The notes under the pieces are model-generated. The model was not told the origin of the DNA and ran no database searches. It saw only the letters and a list, made by a program, of their open reading frames with translations. The position numbers and the translations under genes are program-made. DNA of 64,000 nucleotides from Candidatus Omnitrophota bacterium (GTDB taxonomy: Bacteria; Omnitrophota; Gorgyraeia; Gygaellales; Profunditerraquicolaceae). Location of the stretch: contig JAPLLX010000002.1 in NCBI GenBank assembly GCA_026387335.1, positions 77,326 through 141,325 on the forward strand, written 5' to 3'. Position 1 is the first letter of the stretch. Each line of letters starts with the position of its first letter. This document shows positions 63,094 through 64,000 of the stretch, in pieces.

Positions 63094-64000
63094 ATGGAAA
63101 CAATTGAAAAAGATTTAATTATCCGGGAATTTCCTCTTTTCGCCGATTTATCGCCCAAAGAGCGCAAAATAATTAAAGAGCATTCCGGCGTTCTTTCCTT
63201 TAAGAAGGGCGATATCATTTATGAAGAAGGATCGTCCCCCAGCGGTTTTTACTGTCTTGTCCTGGGCCGGGTAGTTATTTATACTAAAGATACTCAAGGG
63301 GTCCAGAAAATCCTGGAATATCTGCATCGCGGTAAATACTTCGGGATAATTTCTCTGTTAACCAGCGAGCCGCATTCGGTGACCGCTCAAGCGACAAATG
63401 ACTGCGTGGTGTTAGTCATTAATAAAGAAGATTTTGATTTGGTTATTAACAAGATTCCCCGCCTGGCAATTGATTTGAGCCGGACCCTCTCCAGAAGATT
63501 GAAACGCAAAGACATACATCAGAAAGCTATCTTTGAAAGCACGGTTGTCTCAGTCTTCAGTTCATATTCTCAAGCCGGTAAAACAATTTACGCCCTGAAT
63601 TTAGCTTTAAGCCTTAAGAAAGAAACGCGTAAATCCATAATCATTCTGGATATTCTTTCAACTGACCAAACACATAGTTTGCCGGCGAGGCTGGATTTAG
63701 CAGGTGAGAAGATTTTTGATCTTTCCAAAGATATGGCGGATGCTCAAAAGGCGCCTAAGGATTTTATCCTCAAAAGCAAGTTTGGTATTGATTTATTTTG
63801 TTTCCATTATAGCCCCGAAGACGCTCTTTGCGTAAGAAGATTGCTGGGGATTTTAAGCGAGCTGGTAAACGAGTATCATTATATTATCCTGGATCTACCG
63901 TCACTGCTGGATAAAAACATCTTCAGTATCCTTAACCAGTCTGATTTTATCCATCTTTTAAGCGGGCCTGACGAACAGGAGTTGCAGAAAACGCATCTTC
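63094..64000 (+). CDS. cNMP-binding (CAP effector) domain fused to a ParA/MinD-like domain with a deviant Walker A (3' truncated by the window edge)
   Basis: Open frame with no stop before the window end. N-terminal FPLFADLS ... GDIIYEEGS cNMP-binding fold, then VSVFSSYSQAGKTIYALNLALSL, which is ParA-like but lacks the KGGxGK glycine pattern. Confidence 0.55.
   Translation, partial: METIEKDLIIREFPLFADLSPKERKIIKEHSGVLSFKKGDIIYEEGSSPSGFYCLVLGRVVIYTKDTQGVQKILEYLHRGKYFGIISLLTSEPHSVTAQATNDCVVLVINKEDFDLVINKIPRLAIDLSRTLSRRLKRKDIHQKAIFESTVVSVFSSYSQAGKTIYALNLALSLKKETRKSIIILDILSTDQTHSLPARLDLAGEKIFDLSKDMADAQKAPKDFILKSKFGIDLFCFHYSPEDALCVRRLLGILSELVNEYHYIILDLPSLLDKNIFSILNQSDFIHLLSGPDEQELQKTHL

Noticed and set aside
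1-64000. Search for rRNA, tRNA, tmRNA, IS elements, integrases and prophage genes
   Set aside because: Intergenic spaces are short, no cloverleaf-like GC-rich 75-90-nt segments were seen, and no ORF resembles a transposase, integrase or recombinase. None are reported.

Overview
This is a dense window, almost entirely on the + strand, that looks like an anaerobic diderm (Gram-negative) bacterial chromosome. The diderm call rests on Lnt, an LpxL-type lipid A acyltransferase and a TonB-dependent receptor. The anaerobe call rests on rubredoxin, superoxide reductase, a flavodiiron protein and a group-4 [NiFe] hydrogenase. GC content is moderate to low. The gene content would fit an uncultivated lineage such as Omnitrophota, but that is inference only. 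No rRNA, tRNA, CRISPR array or transposase or integrase gene was recognised. Core genes include pilT, prfB (with the canonical programmed +1 frameshift), secA, lnt (fused to an M23 peptidase domain), bioY, a ZIP zinc transporter, cysK, nfu, nifS/iscS, birA, cspA, mnmA, nadA, an RluA-family pseudouridine synthase, uppP and yqeY. Functional islands stand out: (i) a PEGA-domain / GT2 glycosyltransferase pair; (ii) a lipid A / Arn-like surface-modification cluster (LmbE-like deacetylase, LpxL, DegT-type aminotransferase, a pair of small ArnE/F-like membrane proteins); (iii) an anaerobe oxidative-stress island (Rrf2 regulator, superoxide reductase, rubredoxin, FNR-type reductase, FprA flavodiiron protein, YruB-like glutaredoxin, TrxB); (iv) a sulfur-mobilisation cluster (CymR-like Rrf2, CysK, Nfu, the COG1900 + NIL-ferredoxin homocysteine-biosynthesis pair, a LarE-like PP-loop ATPase, NifS); (v) a group-4 energy-converting [NiFe] hydrogenase preceded by an AsrAB/HydBG-like NAD(P)-linked Fe-S/flavin module. 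The most unusual object is a 2163-aa secreted giant protein at 39866-46357. It carries an N-terminal signal peptide and at least ten copies of a GC-rich 14-15-nt element (GCCAGCTCGGCGGTG, or the variant GCCGCCTCGCCGGTT), conserved at the nucleotide level and encoding A-S-S-A-V / A-A-S-P-V at irregular intervals. Unmistakable 2,3-bisphosphoglycerate-independent phosphoglycerate mutase (iPGM)-like metalloenzyme segments are embedded in it in a split or permuted order. It is preceded by a sigma70-like promoter and a structured leader with a terminator-like hairpin. Other noteworthy points: small Cys-rich peptides (one resembling the FeoB-associated Cys-rich membrane peptide family, and a translationally coupled pair ending in CGCGCG-polyLys) flanking an Rrf2 regulator; a possible bTHX-like basic mini-protein; a ThiI-like PP-loop ATPase immediately upstream of an AmmeMemoRadiSam-type radical SAM enzyme that has no AMMECR1 or Memo partner; apparently leaderless transcripts (TATAAT 6-7 nt before the ATG) for at least three genes; and palindromic operator candidates in both Rrf2 promoters. 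All functional calls are from motif-level reading of the translations. No database searches were run.
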